A stretch of DNA of 64,000 bases from the human T2T-CHM13v2.0 reference genome, Homo sapiens, in NCBI RefSeq assembly GCF_009914755.1, contig NC_060946.1; one strand, given 5' to 3'. A model generated the notes under the pieces. That model searched no databases and was not told the origin of the DNA. It saw nothing but the letters and a program-made list of their open reading frames with translations. This document shows, one piece after another, positions 1 through 14,982 of the stretch. Position 1 is the stretch's first letter; every line of letters begins with the position of its first letter. The translations under genes and the position numbers were made by a program.

Positions 1-1673
1 TCCTAGGCGGCCTTTTTGCGCGGGTGCCTGTGTGGAAAGGCATAGCACCGCGCCCGGGCTCCTCTCAGCTCTCAGGGCCTTCCTGTGGTGTTGGTTTGTC
101 CGGTGTGGGTGTGCAGTTGCCCTCTCTGTGGTCTGCTTTCTTACTCAGATGCTAATACATTTTTTAAACACCGACTTGCCTGGAAGTGTAGCTGACCCTG
201 ATGTAAGACGCTATCGCCCCCATCAAGAACAAGCCTCCCCACTGCAGCCGGGCTAGCTGGGGTTGGGAGGCAGCAGGAGCCCAGAGGCCATGCACACATC
301 GGCGGCCCGAAGGCATTCACTATGCTCTGTCACTGGGTTCTGGCACTGACAACTGTGGGAGGGGACGTGCCCTGTGGAAGGTGGCTTCACTGTCTGTGTG
401 ATGACTCTGCAGGAATCTAAGCAACCCCCATAAACTTCAAAGCACTCTGAGGAAAACAAGGCCCCTGCCATTCCCCTCCTTGGCCAGTTCCTCCTGCAGG
501 GGGGCTTTGTCCCCTAATCTTTCAGGCTTCAGACTCAGAATGTGGATTCATTCTTCTCTTAAACTCCCTAAATCCCATCAGGGGCCAAACCCAATCGGTT
601 CTTTGAACCAGAAAATTGTGTCAGCCCTAGGCAATACATAGTTCAACAATTCCCAGAGACCTGTGCCTAGCAAACCTGCAATCTAACAAGGAGCATCAGG
701 GTAAGACAGAGAGGTTTCCCCACCACATTTGTCTGAACCCTGAGAACTCCAGGCCCTGTGAATGTGGAGGCTTCTGGCTCTGAGCTCCTCTCTGCACTGT
801 CTATGCAGAAAAACTCTTCCAAGAAAGCGGGTGGCTATGGGCAGAAGAAATGAGGGGAGAGTTCGCTGTCTGAGAAACAGGGCTTTAACATCATTCTAAA
901 GAACAAAGAATGACAGGGCCGATTACAAAAGATCCTTATCTAATCACCGCAGCGGCCCTGCAGGACCCTCCTTGATAATGGGTTGGCTTTTCATCCATTG
1001 CAGAGTGTGTGCTCAGAGGGAATGAGACTTCGTTTCTGGAATAATAGGCCATAATTGAGATCTTCCATTCAGGCAGACAGCCTCTGCCTCATTTAGTCCA
1101 GAACAGTGGAGTCTGACGGCTCCGCCCCGAGCTCCTCTGGAGGAGTATGGACGGTGTGGAGCAGTCAGTGTGAAAGGCAGGGGGCTTACATGCTGTGAGA
1201 GTCCCCTCCACCATGTCTGAAGCACACGGTTTTAATCAGACGGTGAGTGCACACCTCCCAGCCACTTCTTTATCTCTGCAGGAACATCTGGAGGAGCTGG
1301 TTGTCAGTGCTTTAGGGTGTGGGAGGAGGTAACAAGTCCTCTCCCTTGGCTGACGTGATTTTCCGTAGTTATATAGGAGTATTTATCAGCCAGGGCTGCT
1401 CTTTCTTAGTTCATAGTCAAGATCAAGCCAGGTCTCTTTCTCTAAGCAGCCTAGTAATGGCTGTGCACATTGGTGAGGTCACATTCTAGGCATCCTAAGC
1501 AGAAAGGAATTGAATACAGGACACATTGTTGGATGGGTTGGAGAAGTGGGGGGCTGAGCCTGGCATTTGGGTTTAGAGTGCACCACCACCGCTGCCATCA
1601 GAAGCCACCCCAGAGACTCCACTACTGCCCATGACACCCATAAAGCTGGGACTGGATACCAGAAAGCCACTCA

Positions 1674-1749
1674 GACTGTTACGACCACCTCAAACACGTG
1701 TATCCCATGATGACTGTTACGACCACCTCAAACACGTGTATCCTATGAC
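1674..1749. repeat. 38-bp tandem duplication (2 copies)
   Basis: GACTGTTACGACCACCTCAAACACGTGTATCC(C/T)ATGA(T/C) starts at 1674 and again at 1712. Confidence 0.95.
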
Positions 1750-3001
1750 CTTGCATGTCAAAAGCAGACAGAGGAGGATGGGCTCCATTCTACCCAATGC
1801 CGGGTGAGAGAGGCAGTTGGCAAAATATTCTTTCCAGCTTTTCAGCTTCTGCTGGGAAAAGGGTGAGAGGGAGGCTGAGAACGCCGTGCCATGGTGTCTG
1901 TACCGTGCAGTGTGGAAGCCGGTGGCTAATCCCAGGCACAAGAGGGTGGGGCATTGGCATATGTTCCAGTATATGATTCTAGTACCACGACGTTGATGGC
2001 AGCACTCGTGCCCTCACTGAGGCCAGGAGGAGTCAGGGCTCCCTCGATGACTGGGGCCCCAGTTATCTCTACTTTCCACATCCTGGCCATTAGGGGCTAA
2101 TTGTGATATGCTTGTAGGGGTTGAACAAAGACCAGCAATTAATTTTACCCCTGAAATTTCAATTCTGTCTCACTTGAATCCATTCCAGTCAGTAAAGGCC
2201 TGCTCTTGGAAGGAGATGGGGTTCGTGAACTTGGAGATTGAAGGAAATCAAATCCACCCTCTCGGACCATTGCCAGAGTAACTGCAAAACACACCCAGGG
2301 CAGAGATTTTGTTTGCAGGTGATGTGTATGTTATGGCCCCTTTGTCGAACCTTTCCTTTTTGCAGAACACCCAGAGCATGTGGGGGGCACCAAGCAGAGG
2401 AAGTCCTCGTGGAGGTAGAGACCCTCGGAGCTCTTGGTGCAGGCCTGAGTAGCCCCTACCAGAATCACTTGAGCGACCCGTCTTCCCAACACAATGACCA
2501 CCCCCGCAGCCCTGGGACCCGGGGCCCTTGTTTGGATCCTCATGGAGCAAGGCGTGGGCCCAGGTTCTGCCACAGGAAGTCAGCGCATCCGCGGGGCCAA
2601 CTGAATCTCCTGCTGTGGCCTGGAGCGCTGTTCAGGCGTGGAAAAATGACACCACGTGTCTGCCCACGTTCAGAACAGAATTGAAGAGGAAACCACAAAG
2701 AGAGAGTAACATCAAAGTGTGAGCGTGCCCCTCATCTCAGACTGTACACCAGGAAGTGTTTCCAATGGATCAAAAACACAGATGGAGATCTGAGCTATTC
2801 TCACACAAATCAGCTGTTCCAGGCTTTGGAAACTAGGGTGTGGCTGTGACCCATGGGAGAGGGGGAACAGCTGGGGGAACCCCACATTCTCCTCGCATTC
2901 CCAAAGGGGCCCCTGGAAAGGAGAGCCCAGATGGGGAGCAGAGGTCTGGAGGTGTGGCTAAAACCCACCTCCGCAGCTTTCAGTGCGGACAGCTGTCCAT
3001 C

Positions 3002-3227
3002 CAGGGGGTCCAGTCTTTCGGCTTCCCTGGGCCACCTTGGAAGAGGAATTGTCTGGGGCCACACATAAAATCCACTAACACTAACGATAGCTGATGAGCT
3101 TGAAAACACACACACACACAAAAAAAAACTCATCGTGTTTTAAGAAAGTTTAGGGATTTTTGTTGTGCCACATTGAAAGCCGTCCTGGGCTGCTTGTGGC
3201 CGGCGGGCTTCGGGTTGGATGAACTTG
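3002..3227 (+). mobile_element. MER30 (hAT-Charlie non-autonomous DNA transposon)
   Basis: CAGGGGGTCCAGTCTTTCGGCTTCCCTGGGCCAC...CACACATAAAATCCACTAACACTAACGATAGCTGATGAGCT...GGGTTGGATGAACTTG follows the recalled MER30 consensus end to end. Confidence 0.85.
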
Positions 3228-3239
3228 TTCTGGATAATG

Positions 3240-3495
3240 CAGGTGGACCTGACTTACTAATTTGAGGACCCTAAGAGTAGAGCTGAGGATTCTCTCCCTG
3301 AAGAAAGACTTCCACAGCGCTCCAGCCTGCCCTCCTGGGGCCCAACCCACCCAGACCTCCAACTTGCCTAGCCAGACCCCCCAGGTTGTCTAAGGCCATT
3401 CCTGGCACTAAATCTCTTACTATAAATCCCTCCACATGCCCCATCCCCACCCCCACATTCTGTTTCTCTGGTTGAACCCGAATGAATAGACACCT
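3240..3495 (-). mobile_element. MLT2-like ERVL LTR fragment
   Basis: Reverse strand reads ...TTCGGGTTCAACCAGAGAAACAGAA...GGATTTATAGTAAGAGATTT..., resembling an MLT2 LTR terminus; the strand call is tentative. Confidence 0.5.
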
Positions 3496-4024
3496 GCCTG
3501 GAGCACCCACCCTCACCCATGTGACCGCAGAAGAGGAGAGTGCCCAGGGGATTGAAGGGTGTGGCCACGCGGGCCAATCACTAGCCAGGCCAAGCCATCC
3601 ATGCTCCGAAAAGCTCAGCCTTGACCAAGGCCTCAGAGCATTTGTTCAGTTAACAAATGACAAGGCTTCAGGAAGCCTCCTCCACGATGAATAAAGTGAT
3701 GGTTTTGACCTGCAGGCTCAGAGATGTGCTGGCTTCTTCAGAACTATCCCATCGCTCATGGATGTGCTCACCTTCAGGACAAGGGCACCAGATGTTTATC
3801 CAGCCAATGTCACCAGCCAGAGACCCCAGGGGACCCCCTGCAGTTGAGCAAGGTGGCTTCATTGCTTGCTGGAGAAAGGAGACTCAGGGAAACTTTGGGG
3901 TGCCTCAGTAAGAGGGTGCCAAAAAGAATGTACAGGATTCAGGCTTGGATTCGAGGGCTGTGGAGGGGTCCCAGGAAGCAGAAGTTGGCTCTTGGTAAGA
4001 AGTAGGGATCTTTCCTACGATCAG

Positions 4025-4835
4025 ACATCTTTTTAAAAATGGAGATACAGGGTGGGCACAGTAGCTCACGCCTGTAATCCCAGCACTTTGGGAGGCTGAG
4101 GTGGGCGGATCACCTGAGGTCAGGAATTCGAGACCATCCTGGCCAACATGGTGAAACCCCATTTCCACTAAAAATACAAAAATTAGCTGGGTGTGGTGGC
4201 ACACACCTGTAGTCCCAGCTACTCGGGGGTCTGAGGCAGGAGAATGGCTTGAACACAGGAGGCAGAGATTGCAGTGAGCTGAGTTTGTACTAGTGCACTC
4301 TAGCCTGGGCGACAGAGCAGGACTCCGTCTCAAAAATAAAAAATTGAGATACAATTCACATGCCGTAAAATGTACCTTTGTAAAATACAACTCTGTGGCT
4401 TTTTGCATATTCATGAAGTTGTGAAACCATCACCACTATCTAATTGCAGAAGCTTTTCATTACCCCAGAAAGGAGCTCTGTGACGGTCTTCAGTCCCTCT
4501 CTCGATGCTCCCCTCCACCCATGGCCACCCCAAATCTACTTTCTGTCTCTATAGTTTTGCCTGTTCTCAGCATCGCATGTAAGTGGGGTCACACACAATG
4601 TGGTCTTGTGTCTGCTTCTTTCACTAAGCGCCATGTTGCAAGGTTGATTCACGTTGCAGCATGAGACGAAATCCTGTTCCTCCTTTGGACTGAATTACTG
4701 TCTCTTGCGTGGATGGACCACATTCTGTTTCTCCAGTCATCTATCGAGGGACATTTGGGTTGTTTCCACCTTTGGGTTCTTGCGAATTATGTGGCCTTGA
4801 ACCTTTTTGGACAGGTTTTGGTGAGGTGCGTTTTC
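4025..4835 (-). mobile_element. Old L1 (L1MB/L1MC-like) 3' fragment, interrupted by an Alu
   Basis: GAGATACAATTCACATGCCGTAAAATGTACC...AACCATCACCACTATCTAATTGCAGAAGCTTTTCATTACCCCAGAAAG...GGACATTTGGGTTGTTTCCAC is typical antisense L1M 3' sequence. Confidence 0.75.
4050..4343 (+). mobile_element. AluS (Sx-like), full length
   Basis: Dimeric Alu with A-rich linker and tail; TSD AAAAAT(G/T)GAGATACA at 4035-4049 and 4339-4353. Confidence 0.95.
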
Positions 4836-6555
4836 AAAGCACGTGGGCAGATGTCCAGGAGGGGGTTGCTGGGGGTGGGGGCTGGTAATGATTTATTTGT
4901 GTTCTCTTTGTGCATCTGTCTTGGAGGGCAGCCTGAAATGAGGATGAGGCTGGGAGGATACAGCTGCCATGTCACTGAGAGGAGCTGGGAAGAGGGCACT
5001 TGGCACCTTGTGTTTTGCACAGCGACCTTGTTTTTGACCGTAATTTTGGAGTCATTTTGTTCTGGGTCTCTCTTCATCATGATCCCAGACCAACCTCGTC
5101 CACCCCAGGACTTCTGTGAGGTCACTTTTATGTCCGACAGGGAGGCACCACGACCACGCCGTGGGCTTGCTCCTGGGTGGGGCATTGGGGCAGCTGCCGT
5201 CATCCTGGTCCACAGTAACATCCTGTGTGAGGGGAGGGAGGGTGTGAATGCCTGCGGTGAGTTCCCTGGTGTGGCGGATGGGCTGCCTGTCTGCCCTGCC
5301 ACCCGGCATTGGCCACTGAGCAAGTTAGCCGCTCAGAGCGCTCGGAGCAGGCAGAGTCAGCAGGGCCACAGTGGACCCGCCACCCCTTCCACATGCGACC
5401 CTCCCCTCTTGTCTAGGCCCCCATGCGGCTTTCCTCTCAGTCCGGGACACTCGATGTCCCCCACGCAGCCTTCTCTGCCCACTTCACGTTGCATCTTAAG
5501 TGGCATTTACCAAGAGCCACCCCCCAGGCTACATCAGGTGCCCCTTCTGTGCTCCCCAAAAGACCCCTAATTTCTCTTCAAGGGGGAATCAGAGGAACAG
5601 GGAGCAGGGCGAGGGCCATGCATATTTCCCACGGGAACCGACACGGCCGCTGGCACCCCTGCCTCCAGCCGCCGACACTGCCCGGCCAGTCCACAGACAG
5701 CTGCTTCTCGCCCAGCCTCCCTCCTCTGTCCTTTGCAAAGCAAATATGACCCAGTTCCTCCCAGTCAACAAACTTGCAGAACTCCGTTGTCCACAGAATA
5801 AATCCTAACCGATGCCGGGATCTGAGCAACCCGTCTGGCCAGGAGTGTCCGTGCCCTGGGAGGTCCTCAGGCTCTTCGAGGGGTGCTGGGCAGCATCACA
5901 GTGAACCAGGAGAAGGTGTGTTACCTGAGTCAGGTCTGGAGCTTGGGAAACATTTGGTTGTCAGCCTCTGTCCCCTCCAGCTAATGTACATAGCATTTAG
6001 ATTGTGTTACAGCTTGACAACCACTCCGTAATTATATGGGTAGGACAGGAAGGAAGTGGTGTGTGGTCCATGCCCAGCATCACATTCACCAAGACTGCCG
6101 TCCACATTCATGAACTTGTTTGTTGCTAGAAGATTCCCCAAATGCAGATGTGATTTTGTTAAAATGCTTGACAATTCAGAGTAAGTAAGACCTGTCCCCA
6201 AATGCTTAGTTTGGGGCAAATTCTGCTCTGCGTTAGATAAAAGGCCTGAAGATTTCTCAGAAGTTAAGAATGATATTTCAGGTGAATTATAAGAAGAGAA
6301 TGTCCTTTTCTATTTAGAAAATGCAATAAACTTCCCCTGCAGCGTGTTTACCTTTTTAAAACTAGACGGGAACCACATTCCGGCACAACAAAATATCCCT
6401 GACAGTTTCTTCTAGGGCGGTGATTATGATGTCTGTCATGAGTGGAAATGCTTAAATATTTCAATTCCACAAATGTTTATCATGCACCTGCTATGAGTCC
6501 AATCATCTCTGGGCACAGAGGAAGATACAAAAAAAAAAGAAAAAAAGAAAAAAAT

Positions 6556-6852
<297 letters not shown>

Positions 6853-7169
6853 GTATATGAAATAATGACAATAAACTAACCAGGACAGACCCATATAAAT
6901 AAGTGTTGACTTCAAAGTCTTCCTCTTGGAGGAAGCGGGGACTCCTTCCACTGGGTCCTTAAGCAGCCACGGCTCACTCTGGCTGCTGCGCTTCATTTTC
7001 TGCAAGGTGCCTGGAGCTGCTGATCTGCAGATGGATTCTGTGGGTCTTTTCCAGCAAGGAGATTCCTGGAGCTCTGTGATTAAGGTGGGCAGCTTCCTCA
7101 TCTCCTTTCCTTAACCCTGGGGCAGATATAACCACCACTCACCACTGTCCAAGTCTTCTTCCCCTCCAG

Positions 7170-7490
7170 ACCCAGGAAAGACCACATCTGTGGCTGATTT
7201 CACCTGGAGGTGACAGGTGTGCTTATTTCCAAATGCTGTACTCAAAATGCCCTTCCTCACCAAGGCTGAAGGGAAGGCTGTGATCCAGATGGTTCTGCCT
7301 CAAGAAAGGGGAACCTCCAGCAGCCTGAGGTCCTGAAATAAGGTGTGGAACAGAGCCCCCTGCCTATGCAGGATAAGTAATATGAGCAGACAGTGATCTC
7401 TATCCATGTGTGTGTGTGTGTGTTTATGTCACTAAGATTCCAGGGTCATTAGTGACTGTAGCACAGTTTAGCCTGTTCCGGCTGCTACCT
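7170..7490 (+). mobile_element. Degenerate MLT1 (MaLR) LTR fragment
   Basis: GTCACTAAGATTCCAGGGTCATTAGTGACTGTAGCACAGTTTAGCCTGTTCCGGCTG resembles the MLT1I/J 3' terminus. Confidence 0.4.
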
Positions 7491-7564
7491 CCTTTCCCAC
7501 TCCCCACCTACATTTACCAAGTGAAAACCCATTCTCTGGCTCTTGTTGCAAGCAGGGAGATCTA

Positions 7565-7569
<5 letters not shown>

Positions 7570-7601
<32 letters not shown>
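7570..7601. repeat. (AG)n microsatellite, about 16 units
   Basis: Direct reading. Confidence 0.95.
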
Positions 7602-7607
<6 letters not shown>

Positions 7608-7639
7608 ATGAGGGATGATGGATCCAGTGGGTTTGGGTT

Positions 7640-8925
<1,286 letters not shown>

Positions 8926-8964
8926 GTCAGGCCAGAGAAGACACGGCAAAACGGAAGAAAGTTT

Positions 8965-9604
<640 letters not shown>

Positions 9605-9644
9605 TTAAAATAATCAGGAAGAAATCAAGACCAAAGTGAGGTCC

Positions 9645-9774
9645 TTTTTCCCTTCTCCTCTTCCTTCCTTCCTTCTTTCCTCCCTCCCTTCCTCCCTCCG
9701 TCTCTCCCTCCCTCCCTCCCTCCCTCCCTCCCTTCCTTCCTTCCTTCCTTCTTCCTTCCTTCCTTCCCTCTCTT
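9645..9774. repeat. (TTCC)n/(CCCT)n polypyrimidine tract
   Basis: Direct reading. Confidence 0.95.
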
Positions 9775-10161
9775 TACTAACTGGGAAGAAATGTGGTTGA
9801 AAGGAAAAGTCCTGGCATCTGATGTTCTTTGGAAACCAGGCTGGGAGCTTATCAGTGACGTAGCTTCTGGTTGGTCATCTCAGTTCCCTGGGCCTCAGGA
9901 TAAGGACACTGAGGACACCTACATGGCACAGCAGGGTGGGAGGTGCGTGGGACTGAGCCCTAGCCTGGCGACCGGGACCCCAGCCGTTGTTATTTCCCCT
10001 GCGACCCACGGGCTGCGGGTTGGGCTGCAAGTGACCTCCAGGAACCCACACCCAGGGCAAGAAGCCCCAGACACCTCGGTGGGAAGGTGAGGAGGCGGGC
10101 ACTGGACCAAGCCTTCCTGCTGGGCAGAGATGGGACTGGCTTTTCATAAGATTGCGCCTTG

Positions 10162-10546
<385 letters not shown>

Positions 10547-11639
10547 CTAAACAACCATGACTCAAAGGCTTTCTTCTGACTTAAGCAAATGGAGTTCAGT
10601 TTGCAGTTTGCAAATTCTTCCGTGGAGTTAAATTTTTGAGTCACTTTGCACAATCTTGCTCTTTAGAATAGTTTTCAAAGAGAGAAAACGCCTAAAGCAA
10701 AAATTCTCAATTCCACAGTCGCTTCCTTAGCTCACCCACAGCCTGGCTCCCAAGGCGGGAGAGAGGTGAACATTCTACCCACATCCCCCTCTAAACACAT
10801 CCAGCTGCCTCTGGAGGGGACGGCAGAGGCTTCTGGGCTCCTCCTGGGGCTGAAGGAAGCGCTGGGGAGGGTCCTGGGCTGCACCATACAAAGATGCAAA
10901 AGGCTTACCATGGGCAGGGTCAGGGGAAGTGTGTTCATTATTTTAAGTGTGAATGTTTAGTGGCTCCTGGAGAAGGTATGGATAGACCCTGAGCCTCAAA
11001 GCCACCCTGAGCAGCCAAGTCTGGACGCCCTGGGGGTGGCTCAATCCCGCCCATCCCTGCTGCCTCCTGCACCACCTTCCTCAGTCACAGATTCCCCGGG
11101 GCAGAGACAGACAGGCACGCTCCTCTTGGCACCCTCCCGTATGGGGCCACCAGTCCCTGCCCTGGCCCCAGTGAGTGCCCTGAAGGGTGGGTAAAGACTT
11201 CAAGAGAACGGAGTCTCTCTGTTCCAGAAGCTGCTCCCACCTCAGCTTGGGGCTGACCTCTGCAAGGGACGAGGCCCTCCTGCTCCCCAGCGCCCACTGG
11301 GTCCCTTTCTCCACATCCACTCTCTGACCAGCTCGGCTGCCCCAAGCCCTCCTTCCACCCACGGATGCCTGCTCCGCTCTCTGGGGCGTCTGGAAAAGGG
11401 AAGGTCCTTCCACCGCAGCACTGGGCTTCCGATGTTTGCAGGACCCGGTCACATCTCTCCCGCTTGGTCAAGCCTGTGCTCGCGCATTTTCTGAGATAGT
11501 GTTTGTTACAGGTTTCCCCAGTGCCTGCCTCTGCCCCTAAAGTTGCCAGGAAGCATTGGCACAGTCCCTGCCACTCTCCTGGAGGAAGGCTGGGCAGGTC
11601 TCACACCAGCACTGGGAGAGTTCTGACAAGGTGGCTGGG

Positions 11640-12613
11640 CCTGGGTGCCATCCTGGGTTCTGTCCTGCGCCTCTCTCAGCAAATGACACCATGGACCCCT
11701 CACTCTTTCTTCAAACACTCTTTCCTCCTGGCTTCCAGGACACCTGGCTTCCTGACCCTTTCTCACTCCCTGCCCCTGCTTAGGCTCCTGTCTGGCTCAT
11801 CCTCATTTTGGTGAACTTGATACCTTAGTACCTGAGGCTCAGACCTTCCCCTCCTCTTCCCTGTCCATACGCAATCAGGCCCCTGGGCAGTATCCTCCTG
11901 TCACCTGGTTTTAGTACCGTCCATCTGCAGAGACTCTGAAACGTGTAGCTCCAGGACATGCATCTTCCACCACTCTCTCCTTCCTTCCTCCCTCCCTGCT
12001 TCCTTCTTTCCTTCCTTCCTTCCTCTCTCCTTCCTTCTTCCTTCCTTCCTTCTCCCTTCCTTCTTTCCTTTCTTCCTTCCTTCCTTCCATCCATCCATCC
12101 TTCCTCCCTCTCTCCTTCCTTCTTTCCCTCCTTCCTTCCCTCCTTCACTCCTTCCCTCCTTCATTCCTTTCTTTCTTCCTCATACACACAGCTGAACACT
12201 CCATAGAAGTTGACATTTGACAGACATCTCAAATGGAACACGCGTGACTCTAAACTCTTGATTTCTCCTCAAAACATGCTTCTCCCCCATTTCCCAATCT
12301 CTGTAAGTGGGAAAACTGTTCTTTCTGTTTCTGAGACCAAAGTCCTCAGCGACGTCTCAAATCCCCTTTCATTTTCACTCCTCATCTTCAATCCATGGGA
12401 CTTTCAAAACCACAACAAGAACCCCACCACTCAAGCACAGGGCCTCCCCCTCCAGCCCTCAGCCCTGCCACGATGCCCCTACCTACTCTGTTCTCCCTGC
12501 CAGTCCTCTGTTCTTCATGGAGCTGCCAAGGGGATGCTTACCAATCTGATTTGTGTCTTCCTTGTTGATAATTGACACCGGACCCCTCGTGGGGATGTGT
12601 ACTCCACCCAGGA
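11640..12613 (+). mobile_element. L2 (L2a-like) fragments, interrupted by a TTCC tract and continuing through the VNTR to ~14095
   Basis: TCAAACACTCTTTCCTCCTGGCTTCCAGGACACC, ACATCTCAAATGGAACACG...AACTCTTGATTTC; after the VNTR, CAGTGCCTGGCACCTGGCAGGTACTCG resembles the L2 3' terminus. Confidence 0.7.
11972..12180. repeat. (TTCC)n-type polypyrimidine low-complexity tract
   Basis: Direct reading. Confidence 0.95.
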
Positions 12614-14036
12614 GGGCAGAGACCTGCTCCATCAGCAGCTGCGTCCTCCTTGCCTGGGACAGTGCCTGGGCATCAGCAGCCATGTCCTCCTTGCCTGGGA
12701 CAGCACCTGAGCAGAGACCTGCTCCATCAGCAGCCATGTCCTCCTTGCCTGGGACAGTGCCTGGGCAGAGACCCGCTCCATCAGCAGCTGCGTCCTCCTT
12801 GCCTGGGACAGTGCCTGAGCAGAGACCCGCTCCATCAGCAGCCATGTCCTCTTTGCCTGGGACAGTGCCTGGGCAGAGACCCGTTCCATCAGCAGCCATG
12901 TCCCCCTTGCCTGGGACAGTGCCTGGGCATCAGCAGCCATGTCCTCCTTGCCTGGGACAGTGCCTGGGCATCAGCAGCCATGTCCTCTTTGCCTGAGACA
13001 GCACCTGAGCAGAGACCCGCTCCATCAGCAGCCATGTCCTCCTTGCCTGGGACAGTGCCTGGGCAGAGACCTGCTCCATCAGCAGCCATGTCCTCCTTGC
13101 CTGGGACAGTGCCTGGGCAGAGACCCGCTCCATCAGCAGCTGCGTCCTCCTTGCCTGGGACAGTGCCTGAGCAGAGACCCGCTCCATCAGCAGCCATGTC
13201 CTCTTTGCCTGGGACAGTGCCTGGGCAGAGACCCGTTCCATCAGCAGCCATGTCCCCCTTGCCTGGGACAGTGCCTGGGCATCAGCAGCCATGTCCTCCT
13301 TGCCTGGGACAGTGCCTGGGCATCAGCAGCCATGTCCTCTTTGCCTGAGACAGCACCTGAGCAGAGACCTGCTCCATCAGCAGCCATGTCCTCCTTGCCT
13401 GGGACAGTGCCTGGGCAGAGACCTGCTCCATCAGCAGCTGCGTCCTCCTTGCCTGGGACAGTGCCTGGGCATCAGCAGCCATGTCCTCCTTGCCTGGGAC
13501 AGTGCCTGGGCAGAGACCCGCTCCATCAGCAGCTGCGTCCTCCTTGCCTGGGACAGTGCCTGAGCAGAGACCCGCTCCATCAGCAGCCATGTCCTCTTTT
13601 CCTGGGACAGTGCCTGGGCAGAGACCCGCTCCATCAGCAGCCATGTCCCCCTTGCCTGGGACAGTGCCTGGGCATCAGCAGCCATGTCCTCCTTGCCTGG
13701 GACAGTGCCTGGGCATCAGCAGCCATGTCCTCTTTGCCTGAGACAGCACCTGAGCAGAGACCTGCTCCATCAGCAGCCATGTCCTCCTTGCCTGGGACAG
13801 TGCCTGGGCAGAGACCTGCTCCATCAGCAGCTGCGTCCTCCTTGCCTGGGACAGTGCCTGGGCATCAGCAGCCATGTCCCCCTTGCCTGGGACAGTGCCT
13901 GGGCATCAGCAGTCATGTCCTCCTTGCCTGGGACAGTGCCTGGGCATCAGCAGCCATGTCCTCTTTGCCTGGGACAGCACCTGAGCAGAGACCCGCTCCA
14001 TCAGCAGCCGCGTCCTCCTTGCCTGGGACAGTGCCT
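12614..14036. repeat. GC-rich VNTR of 29 units (18 x 54 bp and 11 x 41 bp)
   Basis: Long unit GGGCAGAGACCTGCTCCATCAGCAGCCATGTCCTCCTTGCCTGGGACAGTGCCT; short unit lacks AGAGACCTGCTCC; 18x54+11x41=1423 bp, matching the span exactly. Confidence 0.97.
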
Positions 14037-14195
14037 GGCACCTGGCAGGTACTCGCTTAGTGTGCTCGGGCAGGTGAAGGAATGCAACGGGCTGCTTTGC
14101 TCCATGAACGCGCCTGTGCGTGTCTGCCGTGTTCCACGTGTATTTCGTGGAGGCCTACAGTGTGCACATATGCCAAGGGTGGGGGGGGAGCGGAA

Positions 14196-14982
14196 TATGG
14201 GGTGAATCAAATATAGGCTTGTGGCATCTTTAGGAATATGTATTTATTTGGTCTTTGTCCCCACTCCCTGGCACACAGCTCCTAAAGCCCTTGACATCTC
14301 TGGAGTGATGAGGGTCTTTGTAGGCCAAGGAGATGAAGGGGGCCAGGGCCCCAGGGAGCTTCAGGTTGGGGGCTGGTGGCCAGGAAGACAAAGGCAGAAT
14401 TGGGGGGTGGGACTTTCAGCCCCTTTCCCAACTCCAGGGAGGGAAGAGGGGCTGGAGGTGGAGCAGTCACCAAGGACAGGTGACATAATCAGTCCTGCCT
14501 GCAGGGTGGAAGGGTCTGGGGGGCTGCTGGGCTGCTGACTCCATCCAGGTGTTGGGAGGGCGGCTCGCCCAGAAAGCACGTGCAGGATCCTCGCCCTCCC
14601 TCCTTACACTGCAGCTCTTCCTTGTGGCCGTTCTTGAGGCGGATCTTTTATAATAAGTTGTTGAGAATAAGTGGTGGATTTTGCTGAGTTTTGTGAGCTG
14701 TTCTAGCAAATTATGAAAGGAGGGGTTATGGGAAGCCCTGATTTCTAGCCTGTCAGTCAGAAGTACAGGGGCCACCTGGGACTTGGTGGCTGACATCTGG
14801 GATGGGCACAGTTTTGTGGGACTGAGCCCCTCACCTGTGGGGTCTGTGCTGATTAACTTGTGGGTAATTTGTGTCAATTGTGGGGCACCCAGCTGGTGTC
14901 TGGAGAGTTGAAGAATTGGTCGTTTCTGTGAATAAAAAGCACCATGCTTTGGTGTCAGAGTGTTCCGAGTAAAAACAGTTCC
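14196..14982 (+). mobile_element. MER21-family solo LTR (MER21C-like)
   Basis: TATGGGGTGAATCAAATATAGGCTTTGTGGCATC...TTTGGTCTTTGTCCCCACTCCCTGGCACACAGCTCCTAAAGCCCTTG...GAGTTTTGTGAGCTGTTCTAGCAAATTA...TTTGGTGTCAGA. Confidence 0.75.

Noticed and set aside
3790-4020. Possible old LTR fragment
   Set aside because: Resemblance too weak to assign a family or boundaries
3905-4414. 169-aa ORF and similar ORFs at 26531, 51767, 56028 and 58761
   Set aside because: Antisense Alu translations ([22 protein letters not shown] pattern)
4713-5570. 285-aa ORF
   Set aside because: Starts inside an antisense L1 fragment; no recognisable domain; compatible with chance in GC-rich DNA. PhyloCSF or Ribo-seq would be decisive
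12483-14205. Long overlapping ORFs up to 373 aa with Cys/Gln/Pro repeats, superficially keratin-associated- or SPRR-like
   Set aside because: Read-through of a stop-poor VNTR, open in several frames on both strands; the 41-bp units shift frame; no gene context
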